NCBI RefSeq assembly: GCF_007748075.1
Contig: NZ_CP036280.1
Span: forward strand, 2,220,001-2,252,000
Direction of reading: 5' to 3'
Origin: Mucisphaera calidilacus
Lineage (GTDB): Bacteria; Planctomycetota; Phycisphaerae; Phycisphaerales; Phycisphaeraceae
DNA: 32,000 nt
The notes under the pieces are model-generated. The model saw only the letters and a program-made list of their open reading frames with translations. It had not been told where the DNA came from and did not search any database. The position numbers were made by a program, and so were the translations under genes. Shown here piece after piece: positions 16,168 through 23,684 of the stretch. Positions within the stretch are counted from its first letter, which is position 1. Every line of letters begins with the position of its first letter.

Positions 16168-16255
16168 GCTTAATTTATAGCTTATCGTCGCGAAGGGGGA
16201 TGGTTGGCACGGTCGTTGAGGGTACCTTGTCGTCCGCATCAACGGAGGTCAAGCC

Positions 16256-16354
16256 ATGACGATCGTTAAGCTTCTCGGTTGGAACGCACAGCAGGTGGCG
16301 TATCGCAAGAAGATTCTGATTCTGACGCTGCTGTCGTTCGCGGCGTTGTGCTAG
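16256..16354 (+). CDS. Candidate 32-aa hydrophobic small protein (MTIVKLLGWNAQQVAYRKKILILTLLSFAALC)
   Basis: GGAGG at 16244-16248 lies 7 nt upstream of the ATG. 24 of 31 codons end in G/T, as in + strand genes. Too short for the ORF track. Confidence 0.35.
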   Translation: MTIVKLLGWNAQQVAYRKKILILTLLSFAALC

Positions 16355-16416
16355 TGATCGGTTTCTGAATCAGGGTGGAGAAGGGGTTGGTTTGAGATGT
16401 CGTCCGGATGGGGAGA

Positions 16417-16448
16417 GAAAAAAGGCCGGACCCTTTCGGGGTCCGGCC
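16417..16448 (-). terminator. Rho-independent terminator of mdh
   Basis: GGCCGGACCC / GGGTCCGGCC, a 10-bp GC stem (16424-16433 / 16439-16448). On the minus strand it is followed by TTTTTTT (plus-strand A-run 16417-16423). It lies 34 nt downstream of the mdh stop. Confidence 0.75.
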
Positions 16449-16481
16449 TGACATCTCAAGTCCTCGAACTTGATCGGTGGG

Positions 16482-17435
16482 TTATGCGAGTTCGGGGAAC
16501 ATCTTCTGGACGATGCCGACGAGGTCCTTGACGTGGGAGGCGGACTCGTCCATGAGTGCTTTTTCGTCGGCGTTGAGGTCGAGGTCGATGACTTTTTCGA
16601 CGCCGTTGGCACCGAGGAGCGTAGGGACGCCGACGAAGAGACCGTCGATGCCGAACTCGCCGGAGCAGTAGGAAGCACAGGGGAGGATGCGTTTTTTGTC
16701 CTTGACGATGGCCTCGACCATCTGGACGACGCCTGAGGCGGGAGCGTAGTAGGCGGAGGTGCCCATGAGCTTGACGATCTCGCCGCCGCCGACCTTGGCG
16801 CGGTCGACGAGTTCCTGGAGTCGTGCCTCGGTGATGAACTGGGTGATGGGGATGCCGGCGATGTTGGTGAATCGCGGGAGGGGGACCATGTCGTCGCCGT
16901 GGCCGCCGAGGAGCAGAGCGTTGATGTCTTCGACGGAGAAGCCGGTCTCCATAGCGATGAAGGTCTTGAAGCGAGCGACGTCGAGGCAGCCGGCTTGACC
17001 GACGATCTGGTTGGTGGGGAATCCGGTGGTCTTCCATGCGGTGTAGACCATGGCGTCGAGGGGGTTGGAGACGACGATGACGATGGCTTCGGGGGCGTGT
17101 TGCTTGATGTTCTCGGAGACGCTCTTGACGATCTTGACGTTGGTCTCGATGAGGTCGTCGCGTGACATGCCGGGCTTGCGGGGGAGTCCGGCGGTGACGA
17201 CGACGACTTCGGAGCCGGCGATGTCCTTGTAGTCGGTGGTTCCGGTGATGTTGCAGTCAAACAGTTCGATGGGCGAGCACTGGGCGAGGTCAAGCATTTT
17301 GCCCTTGACCATGCCTTCGGCCTGGGGGATATCGAGGACGACGACGTCGCCGAGTTCTTTGGAGGCCGTCCAGAGTGCACAAGATGCGCCGACGTTTCCG
17401 CCGCCGATCACGGAGATCTTCGACCGCTTGGCCAT
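16482..17435 (-). CDS. mdh: Malate dehydrogenase (LDH-like MDH family)
   Basis: Begins MAKRSKISVIGGGNVGASCAL…. Contains VVVTAGLPRKPGMSRDDL and LGGHGD motifs. GGAAGGA lies upstream of the ATG. Confidence 0.95.
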   Translation of the reverse strand: MAKRSKISVIGGGNVGASCALWTASKELGDVVVLDIPQAEGMVKGKMLDLAQCSPIELFDCNITGTTDYKDIAGSEVVVVTAGLPRKPGMSRDDLIETNVKIVKSVSENIKQHAPEAIVIVVSNPLDAMVYTAWKTTGFPTNQIVGQAGCLDVARFKTFIAMETGFSVEDINALLLGGHGDDMVPLPRFTNIAGIPITQFITEARLQELVDRAKVGGGEIVKLMGTSAYYAPASGVVQMVEAIVKDKKRILPCASYCSGEFGIDGLFVGVPTLLGANGVEKVIDLDLNADEKALMDESASHVKDLVGIVQKMFPELA

Positions 17436-17606
17436 GATCCACAGTCCTTCCGTTTGGGAGCCATTGAGAGTATTAAGGGGCCATCAAGAGACTGGGCAGT
17501 CTCGACATGAGGGAGAATACCTAGAATTATGTGATTTAGCAAACCGCTCGCGCGGGCGTGGTTGGGCGTAGTATTGTCGCCTCGATGAAGCGAAAGGCGT
17601 CTTGAT

Positions 17607-18077
17607 ATGGCAGAGGACATCACGGGCAGTCTAGTTCCGGGTGATCACCGTGTGGCGATCGCGGTGGCGCGGTTCAACGAGTTCATCACGGAGCATCTGC
17701 TGACGGCGGCTGTGGCGACGTGGGCGCAGCTGGGCGGGTCGGACGAGAACCTGACGGTGGCGCGTGTGCCGGGGTCGTTCGAGCTGCCGGTGACGGCGAA
17801 GCATCTTGCGGCATCGGGGGATTATGCGGCGGTGATCTGCCTGGGCTGCGTGATTCGTGGCGAGACGGATCATTACGATCACGTGGTGGAGCAGACGGCG
17901 AAGGGGATTCGCGAGGTGGGGACAGAGACGGGTGTGCCCTGTATTTTCGGGGTTCTGACGTGCGACACGCTGGAGCAGGCGATTCACCGCGCAGGGGCCA
18001 AGATGGGGAATCAGGGTCGGTCGGCGATGATGGCGGCGGTGGAGATGGCGGATCTTGTGGAGCGGCTCAGGGGCTGA
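17607..18077 (+). CDS. ribH: 6,7-dimethyl-8-ribityllumazine synthase
   Basis: Contains VAIAVARFNEFITEHLL…VPGSFELP…VICLGCVIRGETDHYD…. The conserved ribH-nusB gene order is present. Confidence 0.93.
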   Translation: MAEDITGSLVPGDHRVAIAVARFNEFITEHLLTAAVATWAQLGGSDENLTVARVPGSFELPVTAKHLAASGDYAAVICLGCVIRGETDHYDHVVEQTAKGIREVGTETGVPCIFGVLTCDTLEQAIHRAGAKMGNQGRSAMMAAVEMADLVERLRG

Positions 18078-18115
18078 CTGTCCCACGAGGTGCCTGAGGC
18101 GTTAGACTTTTGATC

Positions 18116-18613
18116 ATGAAACAGCAGCTTCGACTGATCCGCCGGCTCGCGATGCAGACGATGTATCAGGTGGACGTGACGGGGGAGGAAGACGCGGCGA
18201 CGCTCCTTGAGGGTGTGTCGGAGAGCGGCCTGAGTGACGAGGAGCGGCGGGCGGCGATTGAGCTGGCGCTGGCGGCGTGGGGCGATCATGCGCGGGCGGA
18301 CGTGGTCTTTACGGAGTTGGCGCCGGACTGGCCAACGCATCGTCAGCCGCCTGTGGATCGAGCGATCCTGCGGCTGGCGCATCACGAGTTGGTCGTGGGG
18401 CGTGTGAGCAGCCGGGTGGCGATCAACGAGGCGGTGGAGCTGGCGAAGACGTTCTGCTCGGAGGAGAGTCCTGCGTTCGTGAATGCGTTGCTGGACAAGG
18501 CGGCGAAGCGGATCGCGGACGGGGAGCCGGTTGAGCCTCTAGCGCGGAGCGAGACGCCTGCGACGGCGGAGGCGTGGTTGTCGGATGCCTTGCACGAGGA
18601 GCCGAAGGGCTGA
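18116..18613 (+). CDS. nusB: Transcription antitermination factor NusB
   Basis: Contains RRLAMQTMYQ…DRAILRLAHHEL…AINEAVELAKTF…FVNALLD. The ATG at 18116 is preferred over the TTG at 18110. Confidence 0.88.
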   Translation: MKQQLRLIRRLAMQTMYQVDVTGEEDAATLLEGVSESGLSDEERRAAIELALAAWGDHARADVVFTELAPDWPTHRQPPVDRAILRLAHHELVVGRVSSRVAINEAVELAKTFCSEESPAFVNALLDKAAKRIADGEPVEPLARSETPATAEAWLSDALHEEPKG

Positions 18614-18678
18614 TGCCGTTGTTGTTGTGGCGGCGTTGATCGGTTCCCGTTACCCCCTTTTTACGCTGGAGACTGCCT

Positions 18679-19602
18679 GTGGGGCTGTTTGCCTCTGCCT
18701 TCAACAAGCTCAAGTCTGCGCTGACGCGGACTCGTGAGGCGTCGACGACGACGTTGCGGAATCTGCTGCTGGGTCAGCGGTTGTCGCCTGAGCTGATCAC
18801 GCGGATCGAGCGTCTGCTGATCGAGGCGGACGTGGGTGTGAAGACGGCGGTGGAGCTGCGCAAGGACGTGGAGGCGGCCTATGACCGTGGCGAGATGGAG
18901 ACGGGTGACGAGGCGTTCGCGTTTCTGAAGGATCAGCTGACGGCGTACTTCCCGCAGGAGGATCGTGAGCTGAATCTGCGTGATTCGGGGACGACGGTGA
19001 TCCTGGTGGCGGGTGTAAACGGAGCGGGCAAGACGACGTCGATCGCGAAGCTGTGTCACCGGCTGCGTGACGAGGGCAAGACGGTGGTGCTGGGGGCGTG
19101 CGACACGTTTCGTGCGGCGGCGGTGGATCAGCTGGAGATCTGGTCGGAGCGTCTGGGTGTTGCGGTGGTGAAGGGTCAGCAGGGAGGCGATCCGGCGGCG
19201 GTGGCGTTTGATGCGGCGGATGCGGCGCAGTCGCGTGGCGCGGACGTGCTGATTCTGGACACGGCGGGCCGGTTGCACACGCAGGACCCGTTGATGCGCC
19301 AGTTGTCAAAAATTCAAGACGTTGTGCGCAAGCGAATCGAGGGTGCGCCGCACGAGGTTTTGCTGGTGATTGACGCGACGACGGGTCAGAATGGCGTTAA
19401 TCAGGCCCGTGTTTTTGCGGAGTCGATTGGCGTGACGGGGATTTTTCTGTCGAAGCTGGACGGAACGGCTCGCGGCGGGATCGTGATCGCGATTCGGGAG
19501 CAGTTGGGGATCCCGGTGAAGCTGATCGGTACGGGCGAGACGCCGGAAGATGTTGCCCCGTTTGAACCTGCGGGTTTTGTGGAGGCCATGTTCGCTGAAT
19601 AA
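18679..19602 (+). CDS. ftsY: Signal recognition particle receptor FtsY (NG domain only, short form)
   Basis: GTP-binding motifs are GVNGAGKTTSIAKL, DTAGR and SKLDGTARGG. The start is GTG with GGAG 7 nt upstream. Confidence 0.93.
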   Translation: MGLFASAFNKLKSALTRTREASTTTLRNLLLGQRLSPELITRIERLLIEADVGVKTAVELRKDVEAAYDRGEMETGDEAFAFLKDQLTAYFPQEDRELNLRDSGTTVILVAGVNGAGKTTSIAKLCHRLRDEGKTVVLGACDTFRAAAVDQLEIWSERLGVAVVKGQQGGDPAAVAFDAADAAQSRGADVLILDTAGRLHTQDPLMRQLSKIQDVVRKRIEGAPHEVLLVIDATTGQNGVNQARVFAESIGVTGIFLSKLDGTARGGIVIAIREQLGIPVKLIGTGETPEDVAPFEPAGFVEAMFAE

Positions 19603-19639
19603 CCCAGAGTTGCACAGCGGATGCGCCAGTCTTAGAAAA

Positions 19640-19975
19640 ACGTCCAGAGGCTGTGGATAAGGCTTGATCGGGCCCGATAATGTGTTACCTTGTTTTAGCG
19701 CCTGCATGTCTTTTCCCTCGGATGGATGCGAGGGTCTAGCGCTCCACGGATGGTGACAACCGAACAATTGGGAGAAATGGCAGCCTCTTGAGGTGGCGGT
19801 CGTACGGGCTCTTCGGAGGAGGGAGCCGGACGACGCGACGTGGTCTCGACACCGGCCTGAGGCTGCCACGATACGAGCCCCCCGCTTAAATTGGTGGGCA
19901 CACCAAAGCGAGGCGGAGAAAGCTTTGTGAGGGGCTCGGAAAGGCCATCGGAGAGGGTGGCCTTTCCTTTTTTTA
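19640..19975 (+). ncRNA. Candidate structured ncRNA or structured ftsY 3' UTR, family not recognised
   Basis: Successive helices are 19715-19720/19729-19734, 19778-19787/19859-19868 (10 bp, enclosing further pairings), 19874-19881/19931-19938 (8 bp, enclosing the 6-bp hairpin 19891-19906) and a terminator. A possible promoter is TTGCAC-17 nt-TAGAAA at 19610-19638. No credible ORF. Confidence 0.3.
19938..19975 (+). terminator. Rho-independent terminator
   Basis: GGAAAGGCCA (19938-19947) / TGGCCTTTCC (19958-19967), then TTTTTTT (19968-19974). The T-run overlaps the dtd stop codon on the opposite strand. Confidence 0.75.
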
Positions 19976-20455
19976 TTCTGGTTTTGTTGGGGGGTTGTCG
20001 CTGATTCCGAGTTCATCGGAGTCGAGCCAGAGGGTGACGGGTCCGTCGTTCTCGATGCTGACGAGCATATCGGCGCCGAATCGGCCGGTCTGGACGGAGG
20101 GGACGCCCAGGTCGCGGAGGCACTGGCAGAAGTGTTCGCAGAGGGGTTCGGCGATGGGCGGCTTGCCGGCGGCGAGGAAGGAGGGGCGTCGGCCCTTGCG
20201 GGCGTCGGCGTAGAGGGTGAACTGGGAGACGACGAGGGCGTCGGCGTTGATATCGAGGAGTGAGCGGTCGAAGCGTCCCTGCTCGTCGGGGAAGAGGCGG
20301 AGGTTGACGATTTTGTCGGCGAGTCGTTGTGCGGTGGCGGGTGTGTCGTCGTGCCCGACGCCCAGGAGTATGGCGTAGCCGCGTTGGATCGCCCCGGTGG
20401 TCTTTCCGTCGATGGCGACGGAGGCGGATCGGACGCGTTGGATGAGTGCTCGCAT
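19973..20455 (-). CDS. dtd: D-aminoacyl-tRNA deacylase
   Basis: Contains MRALIQRVRSASV…GILLGVGHDD…SQFTL…GRRPSF. The ATG at 20455 is chosen within the longer track ORF. Confidence 0.92.
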   Translation of the reverse strand: MRALIQRVRSASVAIDGKTTGAIQRGYAILLGVGHDDTPATAQRLADKIVNLRLFPDEQGRFDRSLLDINADALVVSQFTLYADARKGRRPSFLAAGKPPIAEPLCEHFCQCLRDLGVPSVQTGRFGADMLVSIENDGPVTLWLDSDELGISDNPPTKPE

Positions 20456-20617
20456 GGGGTGTGTTCCGTGGTGGCGGTGTCGGGAGCACAATATCGGGGA
20501 TGGAGTGGGCGTGGTGTGATCGTCAGGATCGTTACAGGTGTTCGCGGGGCGCGGTGGCGGGCGGAAAAAGTGGCGTGGGGGTTGGCATTTTCGGCTTCTG
20601 AATTCGAGGGTTGAGGT

Positions 20618-20656
20618 GCGTGCGAGCGGCGTGGCTTGTGGCCACGTCTCGCACGC
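20618..20656 (+). promoter_or_regulatory. Strong 5'-UTR stem-loop immediately upstream of the RBS of the PEP-CTERM gene
   Basis: GCGTGCGAG/CTCGCACGC (9 bp) encloses CGTGGC/GCCACG (6 bp) with loop TTGTG. AAGGAG at 20659-20664 and ATG at 20672 follow directly. Confidence 0.4.
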
Positions 20657-20671
20657 TCAAGGAGCAACCTG

Positions 20672-21349
20672 ATGAAGCGGATGTTGATGAGCGGCCTGCT
20701 GGCGGGTCTGATGACGACGGGGGCGATGGGCGCGGACAGTGACCTGCTGGACATCTCCTTCGTGCCGACACTCGACGACGGCCTGGAGCAGATCGCTGCT
20801 GGGCGCATCCGCGGCTGGAGCACGGGCTGGGAAGCGGGCACGGGCCTTGAGGTTGGTGTTCCCGGTCACGCGAACGCGAGTTGGAACTGGTCGTCTGCGG
20901 TTGGTGCGCAGTCGTTTGTGTGGGAGTTGGTGGATGGTGTTTCGACGCTGAGCATCAATGGTCGGATGGTGATGGAGGGCGGTCTGGATCAGAGTGTGAC
21001 GGACCTGTCGCTTCAGCTTCGTGCGACGGATTACCGTGACTACACGGGTTCGCTGAGCGCGACGGGATTGACGCTGACGGTGGATGGTCAGGCTCACAGC
21101 CTGCCGGACCTGTTGGCTGAGAGCGGTTGGTCGGGGTTGCTTCGTGTGGGCGGGCTCGACGGCGGCGGTGCGCCGATTCGTCTGGAGGGCACGCTGACGG
21201 GCAACTTCCACGAGATCAAGGAAGAGCGGATCAAGATCGATATGCGTGCGTATCACAATCCGGCGGCTGTGCCGGAGTTGCCTGAGCCGAGCACGATGCT
21301 GCTTGGCGCGGCTGGGATTGGCTTCTTGCTCCTTCGGCGTGGCTCGTAG
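20672..21349 (+). CDS. PEP-CTERM sorting-domain protein, unknown function
   Basis: Signal peptide MKRMLMSGLLAGLMTTGAMGA. The C-terminus VPELPEPSTMLLGAAGIGFLLLRRGS is a PEP motif plus TM helix plus basic tail. Confidence 0.8.
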   Translation: MKRMLMSGLLAGLMTTGAMGADSDLLDISFVPTLDDGLEQIAAGRIRGWSTGWEAGTGLEVGVPGHANASWNWSSAVGAQSFVWELVDGVSTLSINGRMVMEGGLDQSVTDLSLQLRATDYRDYTGSLSATGLTLTVDGQAHSLPDLLAESGWSGLLRVGGLDGGGAPIRLEGTLTGNFHEIKEERIKIDMRAYHNPAAVPELPEPSTMLLGAAGIGFLLLRRGS

Positions 21350-21368
21350 CCTCGTCGACCTTGTGTGC

Positions 21369-21406
21369 GCCCCCTGTGGCTTCGTTGCCGCCGGGGGCTT
21401 TGCTTT
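21369..21406 (+). terminator. Rho-independent terminator
   Basis: GCCCCC-T-GTGGC / GCCGC-C-GGGGGC (11 bp with one mismatch, 6-nt loop), then TTTGCTTTG. Confidence 0.6.
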
Positions 21407-21517
21407 GACTGAGCCTGTGGCTTGGCTCGGGATTGGGCCCTTGGACTCAACGGGCGTCTTCACTCGGGATTCCGGATGAGCAACCCGGGGAGCGACGGCG
21501 TTGGGCGGGGGTCGTTT

Positions 21518-22675
21518 TCAGGTGGTGACGAGTTTTTCGCCCTGGTTGAGGACGGGGAGTGCGACGAGTGATCCGTCGCGACGCGACAGGAGTGCGCCCT
21601 CGCGTGCGGGTGAGTCGTGTCCGGGCGAGCGTGTCATGGCTGCGTCGGGCTGAGCCTCGTGCTCGACCTCGTCGAAGGTGGTGTAGGTCAGGCCGAGGTC
21701 CTTGAGCATCTGGTGGTCCTGCTGTGGGGTTCGGCCGAAGGTGGTGAGGTAGTTTCCGATGAGGAAGCTGGAGCCGCCTGCGAAGAAGATCCAGGACTGG
21801 AGGTCGCGGAGGATTTTCTCGCGTCCGCCGGCGATCTTGAGTTCCTGCTGGGGGAGGATGAACTTGTAGACGGCGATGATGTGGAGGGCCTGCATGGGTT
21901 CGAGGCGTGTGACCTCGCCGTAGAGCGGCGTGCCCTGGATGGCGTTGAGGAAGTTGATGGGGACTACGTCGACGTCGAGTTCGCGGAGGGCGAGTGCCAT
22001 GTCGATGCGGTCGTCCCAGTCTTCGCCGAGGCCGAAGATGCCGCCTGCGCAGATGGAGAGGCCGGCGTTCTTGGCGTTCCTGATGGTCTGGACGCGGTCT
22101 TTGTAGTCGTGGGTGGAGACGATGTTCTTGAAGTGTCGCGCCGAGGTTTCGAGGTTGTGGTTGATGCGTTGGACGCCCATGTCCTTGAGGCGTTGTGCCT
22201 GTTCGGGCGTGAGTTCGCCTAGGGTTGCGCAGGGACGGATGGTTCCCTGCTCGGCGGTCTTTCGGTAGAAGGGTTCGAGCCAGTCGAGTTCGCGGTCGGT
22301 GGGTCCGCGGCCTGAGTTGACGATGCCCATGGAGTTGGCGCCGTTGGCGCGGGCCTCCTCGGTGGCCTGGAGCATCTCGTCGACGGTCATCTTGTCGGGT
22401 GTGACGTGGGTTTTGTAGTGCTTGGACTGCGAGCAATAGGAGCAGTCTTCGGAGCAGGCGCCGGTCTTGCCGGTAACGATGGAGCAGAACTTGACCTGTC
22501 GGCCGACGAATCGGATGCGGATCTTGTTGGCCCAGTAGAAGAGGTCGTAGAGGTCGTCGCCTTCGAGGGAGGCGAGGAACTGCGCCTGCTCGCGGGAGAC
22601 GAGGTTGCCGGCGAGGACGCTGGTTGCGATTTCGGCGATGCGCTGGTCGTTGTCGGGCGTGCTGGGCGAGATCAT
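21518..22675 (-). CDS. bioB: Biotin synthase-like radical SAM enzyme
   Basis: Contains GACSEDCSYCSQS (CxxxCxxC), INHNLETS, ICAGGIFGLGE and IAGGRE. The ATG at 22675 has GGAG upstream; the GTG at 22681 is an alternative. See the finding on the missing Cys. Confidence 0.85.
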   Translation of the reverse strand: MISPSTPDNDQRIAEIATSVLAGNLVSREQAQFLASLEGDDLYDLFYWANKIRIRFVGRQVKFCSIVTGKTGACSEDCSYCSQSKHYKTHVTPDKMTVDEMLQATEEARANGANSMGIVNSGRGPTDRELDWLEPFYRKTAEQGTIRPCATLGELTPEQAQRLKDMGVQRINHNLETSARHFKNIVSTHDYKDRVQTIRNAKNAGLSICAGGIFGLGEDWDDRIDMALALRELDVDVVPINFLNAIQGTPLYGEVTRLEPMQALHIIAVYKFILPQQELKIAGGREKILRDLQSWIFFAGGSSFLIGNYLTTFGRTPQQDHQMLKDLGLTYTTFDEVEHEAQPDAAMTRSPGHDSPAREGALLSRRDGSLVALPVLNQGEKLVTT

Positions 22676-22718
22676 GGTCACTCCGTGGGGTGTCGTTGCG
22701 GTCGGCCTTGCGTGGTGA

Positions 22719-23051
22719 TCAGCGTCGGCGGCCGGGCTGGTCGTCGGACGTCGAGAAGATCTCGTTGAGGTCCTGGAGTCCGACGAGGTTCATCTGGTTG
22801 CGGTTGATGTCGACGCGGTAGACGAAGAGTCGTGCGTTCTGGTTGTCGAGGACGAAGAGGGACTCTTCGCCGTTGCGTGTTTTGGCGGTCATGAGGGTGA
22901 GGTTGTCGCGGTTGATGACCATGGCGGCCTGGGCGGGGTTGTCGACGTAGTCGCGGGCCTGGGTGAGCAGGAAGCCCGAGAGGACGAAGCCGGAGGCGAT
23001 GAGGAAGTAGCAGGCGAGTCGTGTGATGAGCTTGTCGGTGCTGGTGTTCAT
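22719..23051 (-). CDS. Membrane-anchored small protein, unknown function (paralogue of 23082-23396)
   Basis: TM anchor LACYFLIASGFVLSGFLL followed by a ~70-aa domain. GAGGAG lies 6 nt upstream of the ATG. Third positions are C/A-rich as in other minus-strand genes. Confidence 0.6.
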   Translation of the reverse strand: MNTSTDKLITRLACYFLIASGFVLSGFLLTQARDYVDNPAQAAMVINRDNLTLMTAKTRNGEESLFVLDNQNARLFVYRVDINRNQMNLVGLQDLNEIFSTSDDQPGRRR

Positions 23052-23081
23052 GGCGTGCTCCTCGGGGTCGAGGTTGGGGGT

Positions 23082-23396
23082 TTAGCGGGTGCGGCGTGAA
23101 CGCTGTGCTTCGGCTTCGGCGAGGTCGCGGGTGAGGTCACGAGCCGCGATGAACTCGAAGCGGTTGGTGGAGGCGTTGAAGAAGCCTGAGATCACGCGTG
23201 AGTTGCTGAGGTTGACGATGTAGAGCGCGGCCTGGCTGCTTCGTCCGGTGGCGTCGCCCGCGATCATGAGGTAGTTGCCTCGGCCGAGGTTCTGGGCCAG
23301 AGCGGGCTGCGGCTGGGGGATGAAGCTGGTGAAGGCGATGCCGAAGAGCAGCATTGCGTTGACGGCGAGCAGGCATCCGAGGGTTCTGCGTCCCAT
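23082..23396 (-). CDS. Membrane-anchored or secreted small protein, unknown function (paralogue of 22719-23051)
   Basis: MGRRTLGCLLAVNAMLLFGIAFTSFIPQPQPALAQ is a signal sequence or anchor. AGGAGA lies upstream of the ATG at 23396. It aligns with the neighbouring gene product (NYLMIAG…ALYIVNLSNSRV…RDL vs NLTLMTA…SLFVLDNQNARL…QDL). Confidence 0.6.
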   Translation of the reverse strand: MGRRTLGCLLAVNAMLLFGIAFTSFIPQPQPALAQNLGRGNYLMIAGDATGRSSQAALYIVNLSNSRVISGFFNASTNRFEFIAARDLTRDLAEAEAQRSRRTR

Positions 23397-23458
23397 GATG
23401 GTCTCCTGCGAGGCGTTGGGGGTGTGGGGAACGCCGCGACATGCGGCGTGGAACGGGC

Positions 23459-23623
23459 TTAGTCCTGGTGGGTTCGCTTGGAGTTCATGAAGCTGCCCCA
23501 TCCGAGGAAGATGAGGATCATGACACAGGCGATGATGACGATCCACCGGGGGATGGCGGGGTCTTTGAGTGCGGCGACGTCCTGTGCGAGGGTCGCCATC
23601 GTGTTCAGGAGGTTCGTTGACAT
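23459..23623 (-). CDS. Candidate 54-aa single-TM protein (MSTNLLNTMATLAQDVAALKDPAIPRWIVIIACVMILIFLGWGSFMNSKRTHQD)
   Basis: ORF found by hand and too short for the track. It has a strong C-ending codon bias typical of minus-strand genes here and one clear TM helix. No obvious SD. Confidence 0.4.
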   Translation of the reverse strand: MSTNLLNTMATLAQDVAALKDPAIPRWIVIIACVMILIFLGWGSFMNSKRTHQD

Positions 23624-23684
23624 GAGTGCACTATAAGAGCAGGGTGTTGGCAGAGCAATGGTCTGAGACGATGAGGTATAGCGG

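Noticed and set aside
17436-17606. An FMN (RFN) riboswitch was expected upstream of ribH.
   Set aside because: The 170-nt leader has none of the conserved RFN segments (for example GGGCAGGGUGAAAUUCCC or CCGACGGU). Only minor hairpins are present.
19778-19868. The long irregular hairpin downstream of ftsY might be SRP (4.5S/ffs) RNA, which would be attractive next to the SRP receptor gene.
   Set aside because: The apical region (CUC-UUCG-GAG followed by GAGGGAGCC) lacks the conserved domain IV features. It has no GNRA tetraloop and no symmetric-loop AGCA as in …GGUCCGGAAGGAAGCAGCC…. The internal-loop geometry also does not match. The region is kept only as an unclassified candidate RNA.
19603-19975. 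tmRNA, RNase P RNA or a known riboswitch (cobalamin, TPP) as the identity of the structured region.
   Set aside because: It has no tRNA-like T-arm or acceptor end and no plausible tag ORF, so it is not tmRNA. It has no GAGGAAAGUCC-type P4 sequence, so it is not RNase P. It has no B12 box or TPP CUGAGA…ACCUGA core, and no downstream plus-strand gene for a riboswitch to regulate.
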